From: an archaeon
GTDB lineage: Archaea > EX4484-52 > WAPT01
Reading direction: 5' to 3'
Length of the DNA: 64,000 bases
Assembly (NCBI GenBank): GCA_029258795.1
Contig: JAPDKB010000002.1
Span: 96,001 to 160,000, forward strand
Shown: positions 1 to 8,911 of the stretch, in pieces
Numbering within the stretch: position 1 is the stretch's first letter
Layout of the letters: the number at the start of each line of letters is the position of its first letter
Program-made: the position numbers and the translations under genes
The notes under the pieces: generated by a model
Told to the model about the DNA's origin: nothing
Databases searched by the model: none
The model's input: the letters and a program-made list of their open reading frames with translations, nothing else

Positions 1-5
1 ATTAA

Positions 6-467
6 ATGATGAGGAAAGGTCTGACGCCTATCATAGCGATGGTTTTGCTTTTAATGCTGGCTATAGCCGCAGGAGGTATGCTTTTTGTTTTTGCACAAAA
101 GATGCAGTCGAGTTTACAGGAAAATGTCCAAAAAGAAATGTTGTCTGAAGCAGAGAGGCAGGCGATGAGGGTTGCTATAGTTAGTGTCTACAAGACAAGT
201 GAGGGTAAAATTGGTGTGGCTGTAAGAAATATAGGAAGGAAAGATATTCCTACAGATTACATAAGTCTTTATCTAAATGGACAACCCGTATCCGATGTTA
301 CCTTCAATTGCGACGGCACAATTCAAGTTTTTAAAACCTGTGGATTGAAATTAGACAACATGGACTTTCCGGGAGATGGTGAGCGGTTTACTATCAGAGT
401 GGATGCTCCCGGGAACACTGATACTAAAGTATGTAAATCAGAGGGCGGGATGTGCGTTCCTCCATAA
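6..467 (+). CDS. Archaeal type IV pilin / archaellin-like protein (class III signal peptide)
   Basis: N-terminus RKG|LTPIIAMVLLLMLAIAAGG is a class III signal peptide followed by a hydrophobic helix; C-terminal beta-domain with Cys residues. Confidence 0.85.
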   Translation: MMRKGLTPIIAMVLLLMLAIAAGGMLFVFAQKMQSSLQENVQKEMLSEAERQAMRVAIVSVYKTSEGKIGVAVRNIGRKDIPTDYISLYLNGQPVSDVTFNCDGTIQVFKTCGLKLDNMDFPGDGERFTIRVDAPGNTDTKVCKSEGGMCVPP

Positions 468-491
468 ACCTTTTATTTTGTGGTGTTGAGT

Positions 492-1136
492 ATGAGGCCG
501 AAAGCTCAGGTTCAGGCAGTTTCCTATGTATTGGTGTTGGGAATAATCTTAGCCACGGTATCAGCAACCTATTTTTGGGGGTTACCCCTTCTTCAGAAAG
601 GAGAGGCGACAAGCAAGCTCGAATCTGCAAAAAATACAGCAATGGAAATAGCAGACACTCTTAATGATGTTGCTACAACTGGCTCTCAGAAAACCCTGAC
701 CTTTAATCTTTACGGGATGGTTAAAATAGATCCAAACGATAATTCCATTTATTACATTATCAGGTCTCAAAAAAGCCCCTATGCCCTGAATGTGTGGATT
801 CCGCTGGGTAGTGATGAACCACATGGTGTGAAAGGTACGGAATGGGAAAATTCAACCGCGGTTTTGGGTCAGGATCCACCAGCAACTGTTCTTGTCAGGG
901 CTGAAAGGTATGGTTCAGAATATGTTATTCTCTACAGGATCGCATTTAGAGAACTTTACGATTTGGATAGTGGGGAGAGTTATTATTATAATCTAACAGC
1001 AGGAGGTAATACTCAGGTGACGGCAGGAAGGGCCACATTAACTCTTACTAAAGGAGAACCAACAAGAAGTGGAAGCAACAGTTTAGGCGGCAAAAGGATA
1101 AATGTACCGATCTATGCAGGAGTGAATTCTGGATAG
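492..1136 (+). CDS. Pilin-like protein (class III signal peptide, Gln at +1)
   Basis: MRPKA|QVQAVSYVLVLGIILATVSATYFWG; ATG at 492 preferred over GTG 480; clustered with other pilin-like genes. Confidence 0.7.
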   Translation: MRPKAQVQAVSYVLVLGIILATVSATYFWGLPLLQKGEATSKLESAKNTAMEIADTLNDVATTGSQKTLTFNLYGMVKIDPNDNSIYYIIRSQKSPYALNVWIPLGSDEPHGVKGTEWENSTAVLGQDPPATVLVRAERYGSEYVILYRIAFRELYDLDSGESYYYNLTAGGNTQVTAGRATLTLTKGEPTRSGSNSLGGKRINVPIYAGVNSG

Positions 1137-1153
1137 TTTTTTTTAGTTTTAAG

Positions 1154-1588
1154 TTGGTGAGTGAATTGAAAAGAAAGGGTCAGACTTTAACCCTAGAACA
1201 GGTGCTCGTTTTCAGTATAGGTATTACTATGATTATATCTCTTTTAATTTTAGTTTCCAATATTTATCAGCAGTTGGGGAGAGAAGCCGATGCCGTAATG
1301 GGAGAAACAACGCTCATGTACATTTACGCTGCAGCAAGCCAGCTGGATAAAGAATCATTGCAGAATTACATAAAGATTCCACTTCCAACAACTTCCACAT
1401 TTAGAGATTACCGAATAACAGGGATGGGAGAACTAGGTATAGGAATAGAATTACCCACCTATTCCATCGGTCTGCATTTATCGCTTCATGGAATTAAGGG
1501 CTTTTACGGAGCGGTTGAGAGTGATGATAAATATGCTGTGATTTCGACTGGTGGGGGTTCTCAATTTGTGGGGATCTCCCCACCATAG
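1154..1588 (+). CDS. Pilin-like protein (class III signal peptide)
   Basis: KRKG|QTLTLEQVLVFSIGITMIISLLIL; third co-oriented pilin-like ORF. Confidence 0.7.
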   Translation: MVSELKRKGQTLTLEQVLVFSIGITMIISLLILVSNIYQQLGREADAVMGETTLMYIYAAASQLDKESLQNYIKIPLPTTSTFRDYRITGMGELGIGIELPTYSIGLHLSLHGIKGFYGAVESDDKYAVISTGGGSQFVGISPP

Positions 1589-1590
1589 TT

Positions 1591-2265
1591 CTATTTAACA
1601 ATGGAAAGAAGGTCTTCTATGTCATCGATAATATAGTCGGGCTCAACCTTTCCTTCAAACTTCATCCCCCCATATTTTGCAAAACAGGTTTTCATCCCAA
1701 CGGCTTTAGCTCCGGCTATGTCCACTTCTTCTCTGTCCCCGACATAAAGCGATTCTTCTGGATTTACTCCTGCAATTTTTAAACCAAGCATGAATGGTTC
1801 CGGAGAAGGTTTTCTCTTTCCAGTGTCATCCAGCGTGACCACTATCTTGAAAAAGTGATGTAACTTGAGAGTGCACAATCTTATCCATGCTTTGAGGCGC
1901 GGAGCATCCGTTATTATACCCAGCTTGACTCCACGCCTCATTAGCTCAAGTAATGTGGGTATCACGTGTGGATATGGCTCAAGAAAGCTAACCCTTCTTT
2001 GTCTGTATGCAACGATGGCAGCAGCCAGAATTTTTGGATCGGGCGTGTCCATCACTTCCTTAAGGAAATCATCGAAGATGTGTTTGTACTCCATGCCGTG
2101 CTTATCATAAAGTTTGTAGAGGAGTTCCATCGCCTTATCCCTCTCTATTTTCAGCCCTGCATCCACCATCGCTTCCACACTTCCCTCGAGACACATTCTC
2201 TTGAATCGCATGAAATCCACAAGCGTGTTGTCCAGATCGAAAAACACCGCCTTGATTCGAGTCAT
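1591..2265 (-). CDS. HAD-superfamily hydrolase, subfamily IA
   Basis: Motifs FFDLDNTL, IITD, KPSP, YVGDREEVDI. Confidence 0.9.
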   Translation of the reverse strand: MTRIKAVFFDLDNTLVDFMRFKRMCLEGSVEAMVDAGLKIERDKAMELLYKLYDKHGMEYKHIFDDFLKEVMDTPDPKILAAAIVAYRQRRVSFLEPYPHVIPTLLELMRRGVKLGIITDAPRLKAWIRLCTLKLHHFFKIVVTLDDTGKRKPSPEPFMLGLKIAGVNPEESLYVGDREEVDIAGAKAVGMKTCFAKYGGMKFEGKVEPDYIIDDIEDLLSIVK

Positions 2266-2322
2266 AAATTTTTAAGAGTGAACAACATTCTTAAAATTAT
2301 AATAACTACAGAAAGATAGAGG

Positions 2323-2898
2323 GTGGATAATGTGGGTCTGCCGTCGGTCATAAAGGTTAAGGGATACAGGTTGGTGAGGAACGACAGTTATGACGAGCCT
2401 CTTTACTCTGTAGTTTTGGAAGCCAGAGCCAAGTCGCTGTCTTCAGCTATAACTAGGTGTATAAGTAAAGCAAAATCAATCGAGGAGATGATACAAGACA
2501 GCTACGGCCTTATATACTATGGATTTGAGGTGCTAACTCAAGTTAAGGATGAGAATTGCTGGCATGCGGTGGTTAGAGCGGACTACATCCCTGATGAATC
2601 AATAAATGACGAAAGTGAGGAGTACGATTACAAGGAATTGTATGATGGGAGGGACGATCTCAGCGTCAAGAAAACCAAGATTGATGTGCGTGGCCAGGCA
2701 GATATAGTCGAATCGATGATTCTTCTCAACATAATCGATGAGCTGGAAATGATATTGATGAGGCCACCACTCATCAGAGATGTTACGCAGGTGGCTAGGG
2801 ATTTAGGTATCAGGAATGCCGCATCTAAACTCATTAATTTATCCAAGAAAGGATTGGTAAGTATAAAAAAAGGGAGAGTGTCCAGAGAGAATTTGTAA
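2323..2898 (+). CDS. Hypothetical protein with possible C-terminal winged helix
   Basis: 191-aa ORF; acidic linker; C-terminus (IIDELE...VARDLGI...LINLSKKGLV) looks wHTH-like. Confidence 0.55.
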   Translation: MDNVGLPSVIKVKGYRLVRNDSYDEPLYSVVLEARAKSLSSAITRCISKAKSIEEMIQDSYGLIYYGFEVLTQVKDENCWHAVVRADYIPDESINDESEEYDYKELYDGRDDLSVKKTKIDVRGQADIVESMILLNIIDELEMILMRPPLIRDVTQVARDLGIRNAASKLINLSKKGLVSIKKGRVSRENL

Positions 2899-2905
2899 GT
2901 TGAGA

Positions 2906-3301
2906 TTATTGTTGCTTCTTCTTTTTTTCGTACTCCTCAATAAGCTTCTGTAACCCTTCAACAGCCATTTTTGTGCAGTGGACCTTTACTGGAGGCAATC
3001 CACCGAGCTCCTTAACCAGCGATTCGTACGAGAGTTTCTTCGCTTCTTCAATCGTTTTTCCCTTTGCAAGCTCCGCCAGTATGTCGCTGCTTGCTATGGC
3101 TGCAGCACATCCAAATGTTTTGAATTTGATGTCTTCAATTATCTCCTTATCTCCCTCTTTCCTGACTTTCATTGTGAAGCTCATCACATCTCCACACACA
3201 GGATTTCCAACTGTCACTTTGGCATCTGCATCCTCAATTTCTCCTGTATTTCTGGGATTGCGGAAGTGTTCTATGAGCTTCTCAGTGTAAACATCACTCA
3301 A
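2906..3301 (-). CDS. iscU: Fe-S cluster scaffold IscU/NifU
   Basis: HFRNPRN, GNPVCGD, FGCAAAIAS, PPVKVHC; TTG start at 3301 after SD GGGGTGA. Confidence 0.95.
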   Translation of the reverse strand: MSDVYTEKLIEHFRNPRNTGEIEDADAKVTVGNPVCGDVMSFTMKVRKEGDKEIIEDIKFKTFGCAAAIASSDILAELAKGKTIEEAKKLSYESLVKELGGLPPVKVHCTKMAVEGLQKLIEEYEKKKKQQ

Positions 3302-3323
3302 TATTATCACCCCTCTTTATGTT

Positions 3324-4496
3324 TCACCCTTTCCATAGCGGCGAGATTTCACGCAACTTATTAACGACTTCCGGAAAGACCTCGAGGAAATAATCCACAT
3401 CCTCATCCGTGTTGAATCTTCCGGCACTTATTCTGATTGAGCCATGCGCTATCTCCGGCCTCAACCCTATCGCTATGAGGACGTGGGACGGCACGAGCTT
3501 GGTGGAAGAGCAAGCGGAGCCAGTGGATACCTCTATTCCGTACTCATCAAGCATCATGACCGTGCTCTCCCCTTCCACCCCCTCTATTGAAAAGTTAACG
3601 TTTCCCGGCAATCTTTTGTTGAGGTCAGAAGGACCATTGAGATAAACCTTTTCCAATCTGCTTGTAATACCTTCTATTATCCTCTTCTGAAGTCTTCTCA
3701 ACTTTTCCTTGTCCTTGCTCACTTCCTCCATAACAAGCTCTGCGGCCTTCCCCATACCGACTATACCCGCAACGTTCTCCGTTCCTGACCTCCTGCCCTT
3801 TTCCTGTCCACCTCCATGCAAGAGAGGGTCGATTTTCACACCGTTCCTGATGTACAAAGCGCCTATTCCTTTCGGAGCGTAGAATTTGTGCCCGCTTATC
3901 GTCATCAAATCCACGCCCAGCTCTTCAACATCCACCTCCGTCTTACCAATTGCCTGACACGCATCCGTATGGAAGTACGCGTCGCTTTTTTCCTTTACAA
4001 TCTGGCACGCTTCCTTCACGGGTTCAAGCGTACCTATCTCATTATTGGCAAGCATTATGGAAACGAGAATTGTATCCTTCCTAAGCGCGTTCTCCAGCTC
4101 TTCCAAGTTTATGAACCCTTCCTTATCCACCTTAAGATACGTGATGTCAAATCCCTGCTTCTCAAGCCACTTGCATGTGTTGAGTATGCATTTGTGCTCT
4201 ATTGGTGTGGCGATTATGTGCTTTCCTTTATCCTTATTGGCAAAAGCAACCCCTTTCAATGCCCAGTTGTTGCTTTCAGTACCGCCGCTGGTAAAGTAAA
4301 CACCACCATCCTTACAGTTTATCATCTTCTCCACCTTTTCCCTGGCATCCTCAACAGCTTCTCTGGCTTCCCTTCCCTTTCTGTGAACATTGTTTGGATT
4401 ACCCCATTTTTCCTTTAGAAAGGGCAACATAGCATCCAAAACTCTCGGATCAACGGGTGTGGTTGAGTTATTGTCCAGATAAACATATCTGTTCAT
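3324..4496 (-). CDS. iscS: Cysteine desulfurase IscS/NifS
   Basis: YLDNNSTTP, SGGTESNN, HTDACQ, SGHKF (PLP Lys), STGSAC (catalytic Cys); directly upstream of iscU. Confidence 0.95.
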   Translation of the reverse strand: MNRYVYLDNNSTTPVDPRVLDAMLPFLKEKWGNPNNVHRKGREAREAVEDAREKVEKMINCKDGGVYFTSGGTESNNWALKGVAFANKDKGKHIIATPIEHKCILNTCKWLEKQGFDITYLKVDKEGFINLEELENALRKDTILVSIMLANNEIGTLEPVKEACQIVKEKSDAYFHTDACQAIGKTEVDVEELGVDLMTISGHKFYAPKGIGALYIRNGVKIDPLLHGGGQEKGRRSGTENVAGIVGMGKAAELVMEEVSKDKEKLRRLQKRIIEGITSRLEKVYLNGPSDLNKRLPGNVNFSIEGVEGESTVMMLDEYGIEVSTGSACSSTKLVPSHVLIAIGLRPEIAHGSIRISAGRFNTDEDVDYFLEVFPEVVNKLREISPLWKG

Positions 4497-4561
4497 GGTG
4501 AGTTCACCTATAACACTGTTATACAAAAAGCTTATATCGTAAAAATTTATAAATGTGTGTA

Positions 4562-6121
4562 TCAGAGAAACGCGCTCACATCCTCCTGCTTTTTCTTCTT
4601 TTCCTCAACCCATTTTCTGACCGCATCTTCCAGCGTGTCCTCAAACAAACTTGCACTGCATTTCCTCTTCCTGATTTTAACGAACACAGGGACATTCACA
4701 GCTTCTCCAACCATCACCGCTTCTCCCGGCTGGAGGGAGGTTATGAGTTCAAGCGCTTCTCTCGTGAGACCTTCCGAACTCTCCTTTATATGATTGAGGT
4801 CGTTCGGGTTTGTTATTCTCATTATGATGTGTGTGTTGCACTGTGCAAGTGCTGTCTGTGAGAGATAGTAGGGGCGCTGAGACACGAGGCATAGACATGC
4901 ATAAAACTTCCTTCCCTCCCTTGCCAGCGTTTCTATGGGCTCCTTTGCCAGCGCTTCATATTTGCTGGCTATAGAAGGGACAAAATTATGTGCTTCCTCC
5001 ACCACCAGCAGGAACGGAGGAACGACACCAGTTACTCTCATCCTGAAAAGCTGCTGTGTGAGGAGCCGCACAATCAGCAGCTTCTTTCTCACGTTTTCCG
5101 TATCGCTCAGATCTATCACGTAGAGATGTGCATGCATTATATCCCTCAGGTTTGGATACGCAACTTTTGAAAACAGGTTTAAGGAAGCAAGAGCGTTCAT
5201 TATTTCTTCCCCCACTTCTCGCTCCTTCTTCTCCAACCCCATGGAATCAAGATTTGCAAGCACGTCTTCCACATCATAACTGCCGTGTTCTTTGAAAAAC
5301 TCTCTTACTTTTGAAATGAAGGAGGATGCTGCCCTTCTTTTTTTGTCTTTTAAGTCAGGAAAAAGCAGTTTTATGAGCTCGACATCCACCACGTCAGTAA
5401 GGGAAAATGACACCTCCCTACCTTTAATTACTGTTGTCATTCTAGCATAATTTGCATCTTCCGCATAGACAGTGTATTCTCCGTGGGGGTCCACAACCAC
5501 CACAGCCGGAACATATCCTCCGTTTTTAGCGATGTCGAACAATTCTTCTATGATCACACTTACCGTGTGGCTTTTACCAGCTCCAGACATCGCAAGAATC
5601 GCAAGGTGTTTCCGAAGCAGTTTTGTCGGATCAACCACCAGGTCTACCTCAGGCTGGAAAAGGAACTTACCGAGCTTAATCCCCGATTCAGCCGTACCTG
5701 TCAGCTTTTTCACATGGTTTGGTGGAGATGGCACCACTTTATCTCCAGGTATGGGTGGAGAAAAACACTTGACGAGATAAAAATCACCATCTCCTTCTTT
5801 TATTTCCCCGATAATTCTGGCATTAGCATATACGGATTGCCATCTCTGCAGATAGGAGCTGCTGCTTGAACTCTCATCAAGCATGTCCGTCATAACAACT
5901 TTATCTTCCATATAGGGGTTATATGCAACTATATCTTCAACAACTGCAACGATTCTATGCCCACGAGAGGTAAGGACCTCCACATACTGATTCTTTCTCA
6001 CTGTATTCATTTCATCTTCATTCTCCTTTATCACGAAAGTAAGGTTTGTGGTGGATGGAGACTTTTCGGCTGACACCACATATCCTATGACTTGATCATC
6101 TTGTAACTCTTTCCCTTTCAT
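4562..6121 (-). CDS. herA: HerA-family ATPase/helicase
   Basis: N-terminal HAS-barrel-like region, Walker A AMSGAGKS, DPHGEY, Walker B VVEEAH, REGRKF, SQRP. Confidence 0.85.
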   Translation of the reverse strand: MKGKELQDDQVIGYVVSAEKSPSTTNLTFVIKENEDEMNTVRKNQYVEVLTSRGHRIVAVVEDIVAYNPYMEDKVVMTDMLDESSSSSSYLQRWQSVYANARIIGEIKEGDGDFYLVKCFSPPIPGDKVVPSPPNHVKKLTGTAESGIKLGKFLFQPEVDLVVDPTKLLRKHLAILAMSGAGKSHTVSVIIEELFDIAKNGGYVPAVVVVDPHGEYTVYAEDANYARMTTVIKGREVSFSLTDVVDVELIKLLFPDLKDKKRRAASSFISKVREFFKEHGSYDVEDVLANLDSMGLEKKEREVGEEIMNALASLNLFSKVAYPNLRDIMHAHLYVIDLSDTENVRKKLLIVRLLTQQLFRMRVTGVVPPFLLVVEEAHNFVPSIASKYEALAKEPIETLAREGRKFYACLCLVSQRPYYLSQTALAQCNTHIIMRITNPNDLNHIKESSEGLTREALELITSLQPGEAVMVGEAVNVPVFVKIRKRKCSASLFEDTLEDAVRKWVEEKKKKQEDVSAFL

Positions 6122-6190
6122 AAAGAGAGATGTTGCACGTCAAAATTTTTAAACAGAATATACCCTCTCGACATATTTGCAGTCGCAACT

Positions 6191-6198
6191 TTTATATA
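6191..6198 (+). promoter_or_regulatory. TATA box upstream of pilin gene
   Basis: TTTATATA about 50 nt before the ATG; SD-like GAGGTGA before the start. Confidence 0.6.
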
Positions 6199-6246
6199 TG
6201 GGCAAATCCATAAACATCAGTAAGCTAAGCCCAAAGAGGTGAGTGA

Positions 6247-6675
6247 ATGATGGCAAGGAAAGGTATATCTCCATTGATAGCGGTAGTGTTGCTCGTGGTC
6301 TTTACAGTGGGTATTAGTGTAGTGATATCCAGCTGGCTGAGCAGCTATGCCAAGCAAACCACAGAACAGGCAGGACAGGGCACACAGCAGGCCATAGAGT
6401 GTGCAAAAGCTGTGGTTGACATAACCGATGCAACGAACAACGGCGTGTTTGTGGCAAATGTGGGTGCTACAGACATAACGGTTACGAGATTATACCTCTA
6501 CGACGATAACAACAATATCTGTTCGCAGGATGTGAATCAGAACCTCCAGATAGGAGAAGAAGTGTACATCAACTATAACTTCACAGGATGTCCTGCAGGC
6601 TTTAACAGCGCAGCACTAACAAAGGTCAGAGCAGTGACGAACTGCCCAGGAGTAACAGATGAATACACTTACTAA
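6247..6675 (+). CDS. Archaeal type IV pilin (class III signal peptide)
   Basis: RKG|ISPLIAVVLLVVFTVGISVVISSW; stand-alone gene with own TATA and T-rich terminator. Confidence 0.9.
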   Translation: MMARKGISPLIAVVLLVVFTVGISVVISSWLSSYAKQTTEQAGQGTQQAIECAKAVVDITDATNNGVFVANVGATDITVTRLYLYDDNNNICSQDVNQNLQIGEEVYINYNFTGCPAGFNSAALTKVRAVTNCPGVTDEYTY

Positions 6676-6698
6676 CCGACAAAAATTAGAAAGCAAGA

Positions 6699-6730
6699 TT
6701 TTTCCTCTTTTCTTCTTTTTCATTTATTTT
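6699..6730 (+). terminator. T-rich archaeal terminator after pilin
   Basis: Repeated oligo-T tracts immediately downstream of the stop. Confidence 0.45.
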
Positions 6731-6805
6731 GTGGAGCATCCCATACGGAGTTTCAAAAACTTTAAATACCTTATTGCAATTATAAGAAATATCATCTTCT
6801 GCAGA

Positions 6806-6929
6806 CCCGCCGTAGCTTAGTCTGGTAGAGCGCTCGGCTGTAGGTCTGTGCCGCGTGGTATGGCGCAGCCACGCAGCCAGTTGCTCAGAAACCGAGAGGT
6901 CCCCGGTTCGAATCCGGGCGGCGGGACCA
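6806..6929 (+). tRNA. tRNA-Tyr(GUA) with 47-nt intron at about 37/38 (6844-6890), CCA encoded
   Basis: Acceptor CCCGCCG/CGGCGGG (C1-G72, typical of archaeal Tyr), anticodon stem CTCGG/CCGAG, GTA at 6840-6842, GGTTCGAATCC T-arm. Confidence 0.95.
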
Positions 6930-7253
6930 AATTGAAAATGCTAGATTTTTCATAACAAACATGTATTCAAAATCCAATCGGTAATTTTTTATAAGTAAAA
7001 ATGAACGGATATGAAAGGGGATTTGAACACTTCTGACTGTTCAAGAAATATTCTGAAAAAGATTAGAAATATTTCCACCTTATCTATGAGACCACAAAAC
7101 TTATTAAGCACTTTTTGACGAATTATGAGAAAAGCTAGTTATTTAGAAGTGAATAACTCATTTTGTAAAGGACTCCCCACAAAAGAAATTAGAAACACAG
7201 AGGGAAAATTAAACATTTTTTACAAATGGTCTATTAAGTAATGAATGAGGAAA

Positions 7254-8684
7254 CTACCCAAAGGGTGAGTTAGGAATATTCAGCTTTTTGTACAAATATG
7301 CGCAACTTTCTCCTTTACATATTTCTTTTATAATTTTTAATGAAGAGTCGTTACACCTGAAAAATGCTATCTTATATTCAATTGGAGATTCTAAAAATTC
7401 TTTCTCAGAATATACCACATGTATCTTTTTATTTGAATAGAATGCAATTGGAGGACAATTTCCAATACAGACAACTTCAGGAATATTAGTGGTGTTGAGA
7501 TAGAGACCCATTTCTTTAGTAACATATCTTAATCCTTGCTCAAATTCTATTTGAGGAGTGTAACATCTTTGGTATTGTGTAATTAAAAAAGAAAATGAAA
7601 ACAGAATAAAAAATGAAAATATAATAAAGAATATTGGGCGATCCAACTTAAAATATTTTCCAAACTCTACAAAAAAATAAGATATGAAACACACTAGAAA
7701 AGATACCAGAAGAAGAAAAAACCTTTCTACTTCCCAAGGAATTGTAGGAGGCTTCGCAACATTTCTAAAAACTATACTTGAAGAGTATACAAATAGTGTC
7801 AAAGAGGCATAGATTAGAATAAGATTATATTTTCTTTCATATGGAGATAATTGTCTGTTGAATATTTTTTCTTTCATAAAAATAAGTATTCCAAGAAAAG
7901 AAAAAAGCACAAAACCAGTTCCTAGAGAATCGTTAAAAAGATAAACTAAAAAACTAAGCTCAGACTTGTCTCCTTCGGAAATTACATGTGATGCCTTTAT
8001 GAAGGTATAGAAAGGGTTTCCAAATTTTAGATAATTGAACAATATATACGGTAACATTCCCATGAAAAAGATAAAAATGAAGAAAAATATCTCTTTTATT
8101 TTCTTTCTTCTAATTAATTCTAGAACTAGTGGCAATATTAGAACCCAAATCAAAAGATTTGTGAATTTCATCAAAACTGCTAAACTCAAGAACAATGCAC
8201 TTGCATAAATATGTACTGGGTTTTGGTTTTTTGTTCCATAATACATAAGAATGAAACTCATTAAACCAAGAACACACGCGGGATGATCTGTAAGGACATA
8301 CCTACTGTGGAGTATGCTAAGCGGAAATATCGCAATAAGAGAGGAACTAAATCTTGCAACTCTTTCATCAAATAATTTACCTAAATAGTATACAGGAAAA
8401 ACAATTAAAGAATTAAAAAAGGCAAGAAACACTTTAGAATATACGAGATAATTTTGTGGAGATAATTTCCATATAATGGCTAAGAATAGAGATATCAATG
8501 GAGGCCTTAAAGAGATTTCTTCATACCCAATTTCTTCCCCTCCAAATAATTTTCCGTGGAGTAAATATACGGCTTCGTCCCATATCACATACGTTGTATC
8601 TATAAATGTGAGTCTCAAAAATAAAGCTATTCCAAAAATAAATAGGAGGAATGTCACATCCTTTCTGCCCATCTTCAATCTCAT
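7254..8684 (-). CDS. GT-C fold membrane glycosyltransferase (ArnT/PMT, GT39/83-like)
   Basis: IWDEAVY first-loop motif, RPPL, LMKFT, about 11-13 TM segments; strongly AT-rich. Confidence 0.8.
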   Translation of the reverse strand: MRLKMGRKDVTFLLFIFGIALFLRLTFIDTTYVIWDEAVYLLHGKLFGGEEIGYEEISLRPPLISLFLAIIWKLSPQNYLVYSKVFLAFFNSLIVFPVYYLGKLFDERVARFSSSLIAIFPLSILHSRYVLTDHPACVLGLMSFILMYYGTKNQNPVHIYASALFLSLAVLMKFTNLLIWVLILPLVLELIRRKKIKEIFFFIFIFFMGMLPYILFNYLKFGNPFYTFIKASHVISEGDKSELSFLVYLFNDSLGTGFVLFSFLGILIFMKEKIFNRQLSPYERKYNLILIYASLTLFVYSSSIVFRNVAKPPTIPWEVERFFLLLVSFLVCFISYFFVEFGKYFKLDRPIFFIIFSFFILFSFSFLITQYQRCYTPQIEFEQGLRYVTKEMGLYLNTTNIPEVVCIGNCPPIAFYSNKKIHVVYSEKEFLESPIEYKIAFFRCNDSSLKIIKEICKGESCAYLYKKLNIPNSPFG

Positions 8685-8911
8685 AATAGTTTGTTTTTCG
8701 TTCGTTTAAATTAATTATAATTATCACGGAAATTATCGACCTGTTCTCTGAAATTCAATTTATGGGATAAATGATATTAATTGAATCTAGATTTTTGGAG
8801 ATGACAAAATAAAATAAATTCGTAACGATTAAATCCAAGAGGAGAGGATAAGAGTGCTGGCATTATGATATAATTACCAGAAGTAGGTTTAGAAGCGCCT
8901 TCTCATTTTCA

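Noticed and set aside
3816-4418. 200-aa + strand ORF and the many other antisense ORFs in the track (e.g. 19412-19987, 48152-48742)
   Set aside because: They lie opposite well-supported conserved genes and have no motifs
4562-6121. HerA as part of an anti-phage system (e.g. SIR2-HerA)
   Set aside because: No defence partner adjacent; NurA and Rad50 in the window favour the housekeeping repair role
7017-7028. tRNA T-arm-like fragment as a split tRNA or a definite att site
   Set aside because: Only 12 nt, no acceptor stem, does not match the adjacent tRNA-Tyr, and no integrase nearby; kept only as a weak hint
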